A DNA stretch of 64,000 bases from an uncultured Geobacteraceae bacterium (GTDB taxonomy: Bacteria > Desulfobacterota > Desulfuromonadia > Geobacterales > Pseudopelobacteraceae), in assembly GCA_903876875.1 (NCBI GenBank), contig CAIRBT010000130.1, forward strand, positions 9,431 to 73,430, in the 5' to 3' direction. Under the pieces are notes generated by a model. The model was not told the DNA's origin. It did no database searches and saw only the letters and a program-made list of their open reading frames with translations. A program made the translations under genes and the position numbers. Within the stretch, counting starts at the first letter, position 1, and each line of letters opens with the position of its first letter. Positions 1-9,632 of this stretch are shown piece by piece.

Positions 1-62
1 AAGGTTTAATTACTGACATGTCACAATCTCCATAACCGGTATTCCGTTGTCCGGGAAATACC

Positions 63-890
63 TTAAAAATATCTTCGTGCGCCAACAAAACGCTTTTCAA
101 AGTAGCTTTCACCAACCGCTGAGATGCGGATATCCTCACCTCGTCGTGGTGCGTGGACAAATTTGCCCTCACCGACGTAAATACCAACGTGGTTAATTTT
201 GTCGGCTGAAGCACCGAAAAAAACCAGGTCACCATCCTTTAAATCACTTTTCGAAATAAGTTCTCCCGCCTTGAACTGTTCCCGTGAAGTTCGGGGTATG
301 TTGAGACCGCATAAGTTATAGACGGCACGGGCAAACCCGCTACAATCAAGTCCTTCAACCACATTATCTCCACCCCACCGATAGGGGATACCCACAAAAC
401 GCTCGGCGGTACGGGCGGCAATGGCACCCATGTCAGAGATGCTTTTCGCCGGTTTTGCCAGGGGTTGTTCATCTTTCACCGCCGGTACCACCGCTGTAGG
501 ATGGTTCGGCAGATTTTTGATTTCATCGGGCAGCAGTTTTTGTATGCCAGCCCCCTTTGGCTGTGCAAAGACCACTTCGTTGGGGGGGGCAACGTAGAAG
601 CTGGTAATCAGATGCTCCGCAACCAGTTTTTTCGCCGCATTTCGGGCCAAATCTTTTGTGGGGTAATCGCCAAAGCGAACAGCATAAATGCCACTATCTT
701 TGCGGTAATAAAACGCTTCAATGCCCTTTGACTGAAGCGTGGCAGCAAGTCGTTCGGCATTCTTCACATCGGAAAACGCCCCCATCTGGATGGCAAAACC
801 GAGCCGGGTGAGGCCGGAAGATTTTGCACCCTGGGCCGTTACTGCGGTGAGGAGTGCTATTAATGATAGTGAAAAAATAAGTCGTTTCAT
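63..890 (-). CDS. Secreted SPOR-domain + NlpC/P60 peptidoglycan endopeptidase
   Basis: Signal peptide MKRLIFSLSLIALLTAVTAQGA starts at M15 of the 63..932 ORF. A SPOR-like segment follows (GFAIQMGAFSDVKNAERLAATLQSKGIEAFYY...YAVRFGDY). The C-terminal NlpC/P60 core is GIPYRWGG...GLDCSGFARAVY...GDLVFF...HVGIYVG...FVHAP. Confidence 0.85.
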   Translation of the reverse strand: MKRLIFSLSLIALLTAVTAQGAKSSGLTRLGFAIQMGAFSDVKNAERLAATLQSKGIEAFYYRKDSGIYAVRFGDYPTKDLARNAAKKLVAEHLITSFYVAPPNEVVFAQPKGAGIQKLLPDEIKNLPNHPTAVVPAVKDEQPLAKPAKSISDMGAIAARTAERFVGIPYRWGGDNVVEGLDCSGFARAVYNLCGLNIPRTSREQFKAGELISKSDLKDGDLVFFGASADKINHVGIYVGEGKFVHAPRRGEDIRISAVGESYFEKRFVGARRYF

Positions 891-1011
891 GGAGTGCCGA
901 TTGGTAACAAGAGTGATATACCCTGCAGACAAGGTTAATTGAGCCTTTCATAATAGCTATTATTACCTCAGCGGTAAAGTATAAAATATTCCTGTGCCTT
1001 TCCCATTCCTG

Positions 1012-2007
1012 TTAGGGAAGTTTTACCACAACCCTCCCCCTGATGCCGCCCTGCAGAATCGTCGAAATGTGCTCCTCCAGCAATTCGAGCGGGATTTCCG
1101 TGGCGATCTGGCTGAGGTGGGGAGGTTTCCACTCACTGGCCAGCTTGTGCCATATCTGCTGGCGGAGCGGGGTGGGGCAGTTGACGGAATCAATGCCAAA
1201 CAGGGTGACGCCTCGGAGAATGAAAGGGTAGATATTCAGAGGGAGTTCGATGGAACCTACCAGTCCACAACAGGTAACAGCACCGCCGTAGCGGGTTGAT
1301 TTAATGGCTGCTGCGAGCGTGGTTCCTCCCACCACATCAACAACCCCGGCCCACCGTTCTTTGAGCATCGGGCGTTCATGGCCGGTAATAACCTGTTCAC
1401 GGGAGATGATATCGGCTGCTCCAAGGGTGTGCAAAAAGGTATGATCCGCTTCCTTACCCGAGGCGGCAACCACCCGGTAGCCAAGGTGACATAACAGGGA
1501 AACGGCCATACAGCCGACACCACCGGTCGCACCGGTCACCAGGATATCTCCGTCAGTTGCCGTGATACCCGATTGTACCAGTTTGATTATTGAGAGAGCT
1601 GCGGTAAAACCGGCCGTACCGATTATCATGGCTTCCCGGAGCGATAACCCCTCCGGGAGCCGTACCACCCACTCTGAGGGGACGCGGATGTATTCGCCCC
1701 AGCCACCGTCACGTTCCATGCCAAGGTCGTAACCGGTGATAATAACGTTATCTCCCGGAGAAAATGTCTCATTATCAGAGGAAACCACTTCTCCGGCAGC
1801 ATCTATGCCGGGAGTATGGGGAAAGGTGCGGGTAACTCCCGGGTGCCCCGTGGCTGACAGAGCATCTTTGTAATTGAGTGATGAATAGCGTACCCGCACC
1901 AGTACATTACCGGGGGGCAAGTCAGCGATGACTCGTTTTCGTAGTTCACGAGTAAACAATTTGTCATCGGTTTTGTCCACAACTAATGAAGTAAATTCAA
2001 TCGACAT
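1012..2007 (-). CDS. yhdH: YhdH/AcuI-type NADPH-dependent oxidoreductase (MDR superfamily; acrylyl-CoA reductase-like)
   Basis: 331 aa. The N-terminus (VRVRYSSLNYKDALSATGHPGVTRTFPHTPGIDAAGEVV) and the GATGGVG nucleotide-binding loop are typical of the YhdH/YhfP subfamily. Confidence 0.8.
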   Translation of the reverse strand: MSIEFTSLVVDKTDDKLFTRELRKRVIADLPPGNVLVRVRYSSLNYKDALSATGHPGVTRTFPHTPGIDAAGEVVSSDNETFSPGDNVIITGYDLGMERDGGWGEYIRVPSEWVVRLPEGLSLREAMIIGTAGFTAALSIIKLVQSGITATDGDILVTGATGGVGCMAVSLLCHLGYRVVAASGKEADHTFLHTLGAADIISREQVITGHERPMLKERWAGVVDVVGGTTLAAAIKSTRYGGAVTCCGLVGSIELPLNIYPFILRGVTLFGIDSVNCPTPLRQQIWHKLASEWKPPHLSQIATEIPLELLEEHISTILQGGIRGRVVVKLP

Positions 2008-2121
2008 GCTGTGATTCCCCCAGGCTTTTTTTAGGTGAGACCTTCATGAAAAGTTGTGTCTGTTGGACGGCAAGTGTGGTATGGTGCGGATAACTTCAAA
2101 TGTGTATCAGGAGGTAAGGAC

Positions 2122-2322
2122 ATGAAATGCTTTGATGCATCAAACGGCTGGACTATCCACCCCGATTCTGCTTTTTTAGTGCTCGATGAGCAAAATCCCC
2201 ACATGGAGTCCGACCTGAAATCAATTAGCGTCGCCTGTGACGAAGCCATTGCTGCTGGGTGTGGTGAATGGGCAAAAATTCTCAAGTTTGAGGCCGATGA
2301 TTATTTGAAAGGTGAGGGGTAA
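2122..2322 (+). CDS. Small acidic hypothetical protein (66 aa)
   Basis: AGGAGG at 2109-2114 lies 7 nt upstream of ATG 2122 (M23 of ORF 2056..2322). A stem-loop follows at 2344-2370. No recognisable domain. Confidence 0.5.
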   Translation: MKCFDASNGWTIHPDSAFLVLDEQNPHMESDLKSISVACDEAIAAGCGEWAKILKFEADDYLKGEG

Positions 2323-2343
2323 CTACCGCTCTTTTTAGCGTAT

Positions 2344-2370
2344 GACTGTTCCCGTTGGTTGGGAACAGTC
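2344..2370. terminator. Stem-loop between convergent genes
   Basis: GACTGTTCCC-gttggtt-GGGAACAGTC, a perfect 10-bp stem, sits between the stop of the small + strand ORF (2322) and the stop of the - strand REC gene (2385). There is no strong U-tract. Confidence 0.5.
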
Positions 2371-2384
2371 ACCGTATTTTTAAT

Positions 2385-2798
2385 CTAAAGCATATCTATC
2401 CGACCACTAAAAAGGTTTTGAAGTATTTCGTTCAGCAGTTGTTTATTAACGACCTTTCTGAGTAAGCCGTTTACCAGTTCTTCAACCTCACCAAGCATCT
2501 CGCTGGCAGATATCATAATAATCGGTGTTTTAAGCCGATCAATACTCTGCTCAAAGGCGCGAATCTGCTTCACCGACTCTTTGCCATCCATCTCAGGCAT
2601 TATGACATCCATGAAAACAATATCGAAGGGATGTTCTGATTCAACACCTTCCCGATACTTTTGCAGGGCGATAAGCCCGTTATCCGCCTCTTCATAGGTG
2701 AAAACCGATGAAATAATCCTACAGACACAGCGGCGGCTTATTTCAGAATCATCGACGACAAGTGCTCTCAACTTTACATGCTCTTCTAATAATTCCAT
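2385..2798 (-). CDS. Stand-alone response-regulator receiver (CheY-like) protein
   Basis: From M21 (MELLEEHVKLRALVVDDSE...) the sequence shows the REC pattern: DD pocket, FMDVIMPEMDG, IIMISA. It starts 27 nt after the stop of the upstream hybrid kinase. Confidence 0.85.
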   Translation of the reverse strand: MELLEEHVKLRALVVDDSEISRRCVCRIISSVFTYEEADNGLIALQKYREGVESEHPFDIVFMDVIMPEMDGKESVKQIRAFEQSIDRLKTPIIMISASEMLGEVEELVNGLLRKVVNKQLLNEILQNLFSGRIDML

Positions 2799-2824
2799 AG
2801 ATATATCCCAATAAGACGTTGTTG

Positions 2825-5800
2825 TTAGTGAGAAGATTCTTCCGTAAGAACAACCCATTTATCAATAATAGCAGCCATTTCTTCTTTTTTAACCGGTTTT
2901 GACAGATAATCATCCATACCCGCTTCAAAACATTCTTCACGATCGCTACTCATGGCATTTGCGGTCATGGCAATAATCGGCACAGAGTGGTTAAGCACCA
3001 TGGAACCTTCACTCCGAATCAGTGCGGTGGCTTCAAATCCCCCCATTTCCGGCATCATACAGTCCATCAGTACCAGATCATAATTTATCATTTCCAAAGC
3101 ACGAATCGCTTCCAGGCCATTGGCAACCATATCAACCCGGTATCCCAGAGACTTAAGCATTTTCTGTGCCACTTTTTGATTGATTACATTATCTTCAGCT
3201 AACAAGATACGAATCAGTTTTTTATTCTGTTCGGTAATTGTTGGTTGAGCGAGTAATTCTGTTGTTCTTGAATCCTCGGATACTGTGGTTGTTCCATTTC
3301 CCCGGGCACGGGAAATTGCTTCCTTCAGCATTAACTGACGTATCGGTTTTGTCAGGTATCCGGAAAAACCGATCTCTTCAAATGCCGTGATTTCGCCACG
3401 TTGACCAATAGATGTTACCATCACCAATGAGGTGTTTTCAAGGAGAGAATCGGATTTAATTATCTTCCCCAGTTGTAGTCCATCCATGTCCGGCATCTGA
3501 TGGTCGAGGAGGGCAATCTGAAATGGAACTCCTCTGTCGACAGCTTCTCTCAACAGCTGAAGCGCGCTGTCGCCATTGGCAGCAGCTGCAGAGTGGCATC
3601 CCCAATTGCCAAGTAATGCTGTTATCAGTTTACGGTTTGTACTGTTGTCATCGACCACGAGCACCCGGGAACCGGTAACGTCTGCGCGTGTAGTGTCACC
3701 GGTTTCCTGGTTTAAGTCAGGCTGCTTCTCAAATCGGGCACTGAACCAGAATGTGGAGCCTTTGCCAGCCTCACTGCTAACACCTATCTGGCCATCCATC
3801 AACTCTGCCAGTTGTTTGCAGATGGCCAACCCCAGGCCGGTACCGCCATATTTCCGCGTGGTCGAACCATCCACCTGGGTAAAGGGGGTAAACAGTGCGC
3901 TCAGTCGATGTGCTGGAATGCCGATGCCGGTATCCTGAACTTCAAAGAGGATGGTTGCAAACTGTGCTTCATCAGACTTGAGAGTGGCACGGATGATTAC
4001 TTCACCCTGCTCGGTAAACTTGATTGAATTACCGGCAAGATTGATAATGATTTGGCGAAGTCGGCCCGGGTCTCCCTTGAGCTGTAAGGGCACTTCTGAA
4101 TCGATGGTGCAGAAGAGATCCAGTTTCTTGTCCGAAGCTCGCAGTGCCAGGATATCCACCGTATCTTCGATAGTGGAGCGAAGGTCGAAGTCAAGAATCT
4201 CCAGATCCAGTTTTCCTGCTTCAATCTTGGAAAAATCCAGTATGTCGTTGATAAGGCTGAGCAGGCTTTCCCCGCTTTTTCTGACAATTTCCGCATATTC
4301 CCGTTGTTCATCATTTAAGGATGTATCAAGAAGCAAGCCGGTCATGCCGATAACGCCATTCATGGGGGTGCGTATTTCATGGCTCATGGTTGCCAGGAAA
4401 GAGCTTTTCGCCACCGTTGCTGCTTCTGCCTTTTCCTTCTCGATGAGGAGCTGTTCGGAGATATAAAATTTCTCGGTAATATCCTCTTTAACCGCGAGAA
4501 AATGGGTAATCACACCATCATTACGCAGTGCTGAAATGACTGAGTGTTCCCAGAAAAGTCGGCCATCTTTACTTTTATTGAGCAGGTTCCCTTCCCAGGT
4601 TTCACCCGACATGATCGTAGACCAGAGGTTTTTAAAAACGTCTGGATTTACCTGTTCAGTTTTAAGTATGCGAGGGTTTTGACCAATGGCCTCCTCTAAA
4701 GTATAGCCAGTCAGTGTGGTGAAAAACGGATTAACGTATTCGATCTTGCCCTGTGTATCTGTGATAACAATGGAAACCGGACACTGTTCAATGGCTCGGG
4801 TCAGTACTTTTAATCTGTCTTCAGCCTCCTTCCGTCGGGTTATGTCCCGGTGGGTTCCCTGCATGAGAAGCGGTGCGCCATCGGGAGACCAGCGGGTAAT
4901 TTTGCCCCTGTTATGGATCCAGACCCAAGTGCCATTCTTGTGGCGGATTCTCATTTCACTTTTATAATGGGGGATCTCTCCGGAAAAATGTTTCTTAATA
5001 AGAATTTTAACCGTGGGAAGATCGTCTGGATGGACATTCTCCATCCAGGAGGTAATTGTACCGGGTGAAAGCTCGTCCAGGGTGGAGCCGATAATATCAG
5101 CTGCCTGTTTATTATACAGTACCGATCCGGACTGAATATTCCACTCCCAGGTTCCGGTGTCAGTTGCCTCCAGCACGTCTGCCAGGCGTTGCCGTTTATC
5201 CTGAAGTGCCTGTTCGTACTGAATGCGGTCGGTAATGTCGTGAATGATGGAGTAAAGCAGCATGTGGTTCTCTTCACCAATGGGTGTCGAGTGTACTTCA
5301 ACGGTTCTTATCTCGCCGTTTGAGAGCCGTTGTGCCACAATTGAGAGATTATCCGAGAAGTCGGAAAGTGACTGTTTTAAGGTGCCAAGCGTGGTATCGG
5401 CAGTGGGCAGATTGATGTCATTGATGGACATTGTGCGTAACTGGGCAAGCGGATACCCGTAAAAGTCGGCGGCTGACTGATTAGCATCAATTATTTTGCC
5501 GGAAAGCGGTTCAATCATTAACATGATGGCAACATGCTGGTCAAACATCTGCCGGAAACGTCTTTCGCTGAACGCCAGTTCCTGTTCACGGCTATTCACC
5601 TTATCAAGGAGTATGTTGAAGGAGCGGGCCAGAGTTCCCAGTTCATCGCCCCTGCTGATATCCAGGCGATGTGTCATATCAGAATCCAGTTTGGTGAGCG
5701 TCAGGATGTCAGTGGTAAAGACGGTGAGCGGTTTGCTGATACCAAGGCCGATAGAGCGGGCCAACGCAAGAGCCGCCAGCAGAACCAACACCATTCCCAG

Positions 5801-6667
5801 TAGATAATAATCCCTGAAGCGACTTATGGGGCGATATGCCTCATTTTTTGGATAGTTGGCCGCAAGTATCCAGTTAGTACTTGTCAGTCTTTTGAACGAT
5901 GCCAGAAAAGGCAGACCCTTTGAATTTACGGTTTCACCTGAACCTTCAAAACCAGTAAGTGCACGGTCAAACAGAATATTTACCCCCGGTAGCACATCCT
6001 GTTTCATAATTCGGGATCGGTCTGGATGCATAATCATGGTGCGATCTGGGGCAAATAGATACACGTAGCCATTGGAGCCGAACTTAATGTCATAGAGTGA
6101 TGAGAGCAGGTCGTGGGAATTCAGTATGTCTACATGCCCGCAGAGAATGCCAATGATAGTACCGGTGGCATTCCGAATGGGGGCGGTCATCTCAAAAGTG
6201 GGGCTTTTCGTAAGCGGGGAATCCGTAGGGTTTGCGATAAATGGTTTACCGCTTTCCATGGTTGACTTAAAATAACCGGTGGATGCAACTGAAGTACCGT
6301 ACACTTCAGGTTTACGTGGGTAGGTGGCGAGCAGGACCCCCGTACTATCGATGATAGAGAGACCTGACACAAAAAAGGTATGCACAGCAATACGTTTTTG
6401 TAACCACTGCTCTGCGGTAACGCTGTTGACAAGTTCATTCTGTCCCGTTGCATCGGCAACGGCGATCAGAGCTTTTTGGGCACGGATGATGTCATTATCC
6501 AGGTTGCGGACGATACTATTGACCGCCGCGTACTGTTGGGTAAGGATTAATTCGCGGGTGGTTACGCGAAAATAGATGAAAGTTCCTACTGCAATAATGC
6601 CCAGTAGCAGAGAGATGAAGAGTACATTATGTATCAGCAGTCTCTGTTTGATGCTGGAAAATGCCAT
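2825..6667 (-). CDS. Hybrid sensor histidine kinase (TM-Cache-TM-HAMP-PASx3-HisKA-HATPase-RECx2)
   Basis: 1280 aa. Features: N-terminal TM helix, a periplasmic Cache-like region, a second TM plus HAMP, several PAS blocks, H-box SHEIRTPMNGVIG, G-boxes (DTGIGI, GGTGLGLAI), and two receivers (VLVVDDNSTNRKL..., ILLAEDNVINQKV...). Confidence 0.9.
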   Translation of the reverse strand: MAFSSIKQRLLIHNVLFISLLLGIIAVGTFIYFRVTTRELILTQQYAAVNSIVRNLDNDIIRAQKALIAVADATGQNELVNSVTAEQWLQKRIAVHTFFVSGLSIIDSTGVLLATYPRKPEVYGTSVASTGYFKSTMESGKPFIANPTDSPLTKSPTFEMTAPIRNATGTIIGILCGHVDILNSHDLLSSLYDIKFGSNGYVYLFAPDRTMIMHPDRSRIMKQDVLPGVNILFDRALTGFEGSGETVNSKGLPFLASFKRLTSTNWILAANYPKNEAYRPISRFRDYYLLGMVLVLLAALALARSIGLGISKPLTVFTTDILTLTKLDSDMTHRLDISRGDELGTLARSFNILLDKVNSREQELAFSERRFRQMFDQHVAIMLMIEPLSGKIIDANQSAADFYGYPLAQLRTMSINDINLPTADTTLGTLKQSLSDFSDNLSIVAQRLSNGEIRTVEVHSTPIGEENHMLLYSIIHDITDRIQYEQALQDKRQRLADVLEATDTGTWEWNIQSGSVLYNKQAADIIGSTLDELSPGTITSWMENVHPDDLPTVKILIKKHFSGEIPHYKSEMRIRHKNGTWVWIHNRGKITRWSPDGAPLLMQGTHRDITRRKEAEDRLKVLTRAIEQCPVSIVITDTQGKIEYVNPFFTTLTGYTLEEAIGQNPRILKTEQVNPDVFKNLWSTIMSGETWEGNLLNKSKDGRLFWEHSVISALRNDGVITHFLAVKEDITEKFYISEQLLIEKEKAEAATVAKSSFLATMSHEIRTPMNGVIGMTGLLLDTSLNDEQREYAEIVRKSGESLLSLINDILDFSKIEAGKLDLEILDFDLRSTIEDTVDILALRASDKKLDLFCTIDSEVPLQLKGDPGRLRQIIINLAGNSIKFTEQGEVIIRATLKSDEAQFATILFEVQDTGIGIPAHRLSALFTPFTQVDGSTTRKYGGTGLGLAICKQLAELMDGQIGVSSEAGKGSTFWFSARFEKQPDLNQETGDTTRADVTGSRVLVVDDNSTNRKLITALLGNWGCHSAAAANGDSALQLLREAVDRGVPFQIALLDHQMPDMDGLQLGKIIKSDSLLENTSLVMVTSIGQRGEITAFEEIGFSGYLTKPIRQLMLKEAISRARGNGTTTVSEDSRTTELLAQPTITEQNKKLIRILLAEDNVINQKVAQKMLKSLGYRVDMVANGLEAIRALEMINYDLVLMDCMMPEMGGFEATALIRSEGSMVLNHSVPIIAMTANAMSSDREECFEAGMDDYLSKPVKKEEMAAIIDKWVVLTEESSH

Positions 6668-6839
6668 CGAATTACCCCTGCAATCTTGTTACTAACGCAA
6701 GCTTCCTACGCAGTGCCAGAAGTGTAAGTGTAGTAATTAATATTATCAAATTTTACCACTATATACCAGCTAATATGTATGTCAATAATTATTGGTGGAT
6801 AGTGCCGGAAGTTGGGAAATGGCAGTGAGATGGGGTAAT

Positions 6840-6868
6840 AAAAAAAGCACCCTGGCGGGTGCTTTTTT
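6840..6868. terminator. Bidirectional rho-independent terminator
   Basis: A-run, then GCACCC-tggc-GGGTGC, then TTTTTT. It lies immediately 3' of tRNA-Asp on the minus strand. Confidence 0.7.
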
Positions 6869-6875
6869 ATTATAA

Positions 6876-6952
6876 TGGCGGGGTTGACGGGGCTCGAACC
6901 CGCGACTTCCAGCGTGACAGGCTGGCACTCTAACCAACTGAGCTACAACCCC
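6876..6952 (-). tRNA. tRNA-Asp (anticodon GTC), CCA encoded
   Basis: The reverse complement reads GGGGTTGTAGCTCAGTTGGTTAGAGTGCCAGCCTGTCACGCTGGAAGTCGCGGGTTCGAGCCCCGTCAACCCCGCCA. It folds as a cloverleaf: 7-bp acceptor stem, D-arm GCTC/GAGT, anticodon loop CT-GTC-AC, T-arm GCGGG/CCCGT with TTCGAGC loop. Confidence 0.93.
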
Positions 6953-7118
6953 CGATACATTGTGACGTTAACTTTGACAATATGCCATATTAATTAATTC
7001 GATGTCAAGCGTGTTTTGATGCTATGCAATAACTTCAGCCTTATGAGCGAGCAACCCGCCCGTGTCCGGAAACAAAGCTGTAGAAGAATAAAAACGGGAT
7101 GTTCATTACTGTCAGATA

Positions 7119-9359
7119 TTAGGCACACTCTGAATAACCACAGACGTGGCACACCGAACAGCCCCCTTCATGCTCAACAATACCACCGCATTCCGGACAG
7201 GCACCCCGTTCGTGGCGTACCGTTGCGTTGTCAATGTCATAGCCATTGTCGAGCAGGTGATTCTGAATGGCCTTTGCAACGGCGTCAGCGCAGGAAAGAA
7301 CACGGTTTTCGCCGAAGCCCGATGGGCAGTGGCACGAAATACCCTGAAGCTGCTTGACCACCTGGCGGGCCTGTACTCCGCTTCTCCAGGCCAGTGATAC
7401 CATACGACCGATAGCTTCACTCTGGGAGGCGGCGCAGCCACCAGCCTTACCCATGGTGGTGAACAGCTCAAAGAGTCCGTTTTTATCCTCATTCACCGTA
7501 ATATAGAGCGGACCGCAGCCGGTTTGCATCTGGTGGGTACACCCTTTAAGTGCTTTGGGGCGTTCCCGTTTAAAGGTTTTCTTGTCATCTTCCACTGGTG
7601 TGGCAGCAACGATGGCCGGTTTTTCCTCTTTTTTACCGGTGGAAAGAACCTGCTCATCACGGGAACCGTCGCGGTAAATGGTGACCCCTTTGCAGCCGGT
7701 TTCGTAGGCAAGCATGTACACTTTTTCCACGTCTTCGATGGTAGCCGAATTGGAAAAGTTTACCGTCTTTGATACGGCATTGTCGGTATACTGCTGAAAT
7801 GCAGACTGCATTTGTATATGGTACTCGGGCGTAATCTCGTGGGATGTTACAAATACGGCACGCACGTCAGTCGGGATTTCGGCAATATCCTGTACGGTGC
7901 CATGTTCGGCAATCTTTTGCATCAGTGCTTCCGAATAGAAGCCACGTTCCTTTGCAATGGCTTCAAAAATTGGGTTGACCTCAACCAGCACATTTTTGTC
8001 CATGACGGTACGAATGTAGGAGACGGCAAAGAGCGGTTCAACACCGGATGAGGCATTGGCGATGATCGAAATAGTGCCGGTCGGTGCGATGGTGGTAACC
8101 GTGGCGTTACGCTGGGGAGCGGCATCCTTCTTGTCAAAGATGGAACCGGTGAAATTAGGAAACGAACCACGCTGTTTTCCCAGTTCCTGGGAAGCAAGAT
8201 GCCCTTCCTCATTAATATATTTCATTATCTTCTTGCCCAGCTTTACCGCTTCATCGGAGCAGTAGGGGATACCGAGCAAAATCAGCATATCGGCCCACCC
8301 CATGACACCCAAGCCGATTTTCCGGTTGGCGTGGGTCATGTCATGAATCTGCTGGAGCGGATAGTTATTGGCTTCAATGACATTATCGAGAAAATGAACA
8401 GCATTATGAACCGTTTCGCGCAGTTTTTTCCAATCGATGGTCCCCTCCGTGACAAAGGTGCCAAGGTTGATAGAACCGAGGTTGCAGGACTCATAGGGGA
8501 GCAGGGGTTGCTCACCGCAGGGGTTGGTCGATTCTATTTCACCAACCAGCGGGGTTGGATTATCTCTGTTAAGACGGTCAAGGAAGATAATGCCCGGCTC
8601 GCCATTTTCCCATGCCTGCTTGACAATCCGCTGGAACACCTTGCGGGCATTGAGTGTGCCAACGATCTTTTTGTCACGGGGATTAATGAGATTGTACTCT
8701 TCATCCCGTTCCACCGCCTGCATGAATTTCTCGGTGAGTCCCACTGAAATGTTGAAATTATTGAACTGCTTTTGATCGGCCTTGCACATGATAAAGTCCA
8801 TGATGCTGGGATGATCCACCCGTAGGATAGCCATATTGGCACCCCGTCTGGTTCCCCCCTGTTTAATAGTTTCAGTGGCAATGTCGAAGACCCGCATAAA
8901 GGAGAGGGGGCCGCTTGATATGCCGGTGGTGCTGCTTACCACGTCATTGGCAGGCCGGAGGCGGGAGAACGAAAAACCGGTGCCGCCACCGGATTTATGA
9001 ATCAGTGCAGTGAATTTGACGGCATCAAAAATTTCTTCCATTGAGTCACCCACCGGGAGCACAAAACAGGCGGAGAGCTGCCCCAGGGGGCGGCCGGCGT
9101 TCATGAGTGTTGGTGAGTTAGGGAGGAATTCAAAGTTAGTCATCATGCGGTAAAAGGTGTCGGCAACAGTTGTTACATCGGCCTTCTCATCAAAGTTTTT
9201 ATCGGCACCGGCAATGGTAACAGCTACCCGGCGAAACATGTCGGCCGGAGTTTCCAGCACTTTGCCGGTTTCATCACGACGCAGGTAGCGTTTTTCAAGG
9301 ACGGTGGTGGCATTTTTGGTAAGAGCAGGGATTGGGGGGGTGATGGTACTTTTCGACAT
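7119..9359 (-). CDS. nrdJ: Class II (adenosylcobalamin-dependent) ribonucleotide reductase
   Basis: 746 aa. Active-site block NPCGEQPLLPYESCNLGSINL and C-terminal Cys-rich tail CPECGG...CSVCHVCGYSEC are typical of monomeric or dimeric NrdJ. Confidence 0.93.
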   Translation of the reverse strand: MSKSTITPPIPALTKNATTVLEKRYLRRDETGKVLETPADMFRRVAVTIAGADKNFDEKADVTTVADTFYRMMTNFEFLPNSPTLMNAGRPLGQLSACFVLPVGDSMEEIFDAVKFTALIHKSGGGTGFSFSRLRPANDVVSSTTGISSGPLSFMRVFDIATETIKQGGTRRGANMAILRVDHPSIMDFIMCKADQKQFNNFNISVGLTEKFMQAVERDEEYNLINPRDKKIVGTLNARKVFQRIVKQAWENGEPGIIFLDRLNRDNPTPLVGEIESTNPCGEQPLLPYESCNLGSINLGTFVTEGTIDWKKLRETVHNAVHFLDNVIEANNYPLQQIHDMTHANRKIGLGVMGWADMLILLGIPYCSDEAVKLGKKIMKYINEEGHLASQELGKQRGSFPNFTGSIFDKKDAAPQRNATVTTIAPTGTISIIANASSGVEPLFAVSYIRTVMDKNVLVEVNPIFEAIAKERGFYSEALMQKIAEHGTVQDIAEIPTDVRAVFVTSHEITPEYHIQMQSAFQQYTDNAVSKTVNFSNSATIEDVEKVYMLAYETGCKGVTIYRDGSRDEQVLSTGKKEEKPAIVAATPVEDDKKTFKRERPKALKGCTHQMQTGCGPLYITVNEDKNGLFELFTTMGKAGGCAASQSEAIGRMVSLAWRSGVQARQVVKQLQGISCHCPSGFGENRVLSCADAVAKAIQNHLLDNGYDIDNATVRHERGACPECGGIVEHEGGCSVCHVCGYSECA

Positions 9360-9433
9360 TTCAAAACTCCTTTACTAGGTAACTGCCTACTGATCGGCAG
9401 AGAATTCAAGCTGTTGGCTCGATTATGGATGAA

Positions 9434-9482
9434 ACACTATATTTTGTGCTATGAAAAGAAAATAGCCACAACATATATGTGC
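9434..9482 (-). promoter_or_regulatory. Two NrdR-box-like palindromes upstream of nrdJ
   Basis: Minus-strand reading gives GCACATATATGTTGTGG (9482->9466) and GCACAAAATATAGTGT (9449->9434). The second matches the published NrdR-box consensus acaCwAtATaTwGtgt at 14/16 positions. Centres are about 33 bp apart. nrdR itself is at 52557..53009. Confidence 0.6.
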
Positions 9483-9488
9483 TGTCAA
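9459..9488 (-). promoter_or_regulatory. Putative sigma-70 promoter of nrdJ
   Basis: On the minus strand, TTGACA (9488->9483), an 18-nt spacer, then TATTTT (9464->9459). The spacer is filled by the distal NrdR-like box. Confidence 0.45.
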
Positions 9489-9632
9489 CAGCAAAATTGA
9501 AAATATCGGTAACCTGTCGAAACAACTTGAAATCTTTTTTTCGGGATATTTTCCCCCCTCTTCGGGAGGAATAAATTTACAGTCGGGCGTATTCGTGATA
9601 GTTGTTAAGAATTGATTCATAAGGAGCTGACG

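Noticed and set aside
1-19. Possible start of a minus-strand gene running off the left edge. ATG on the minus strand is at 19-17, and GGAGAT lies 6 nt upstream at 31-26.
   Set aside because: Only six codons are inside the window. That is not enough to support a call.
9360-9632. Possible cobalamin riboswitch in the 5' region of the B12-dependent RNR.
   Set aside because: I found no B12-box-like core (e.g. rAGYCMGgAgaCCkGCc). The region is AT-rich and better explained by a sigma-70 promoter plus NrdR boxes. An Infernal scan with RF00174 would settle it.
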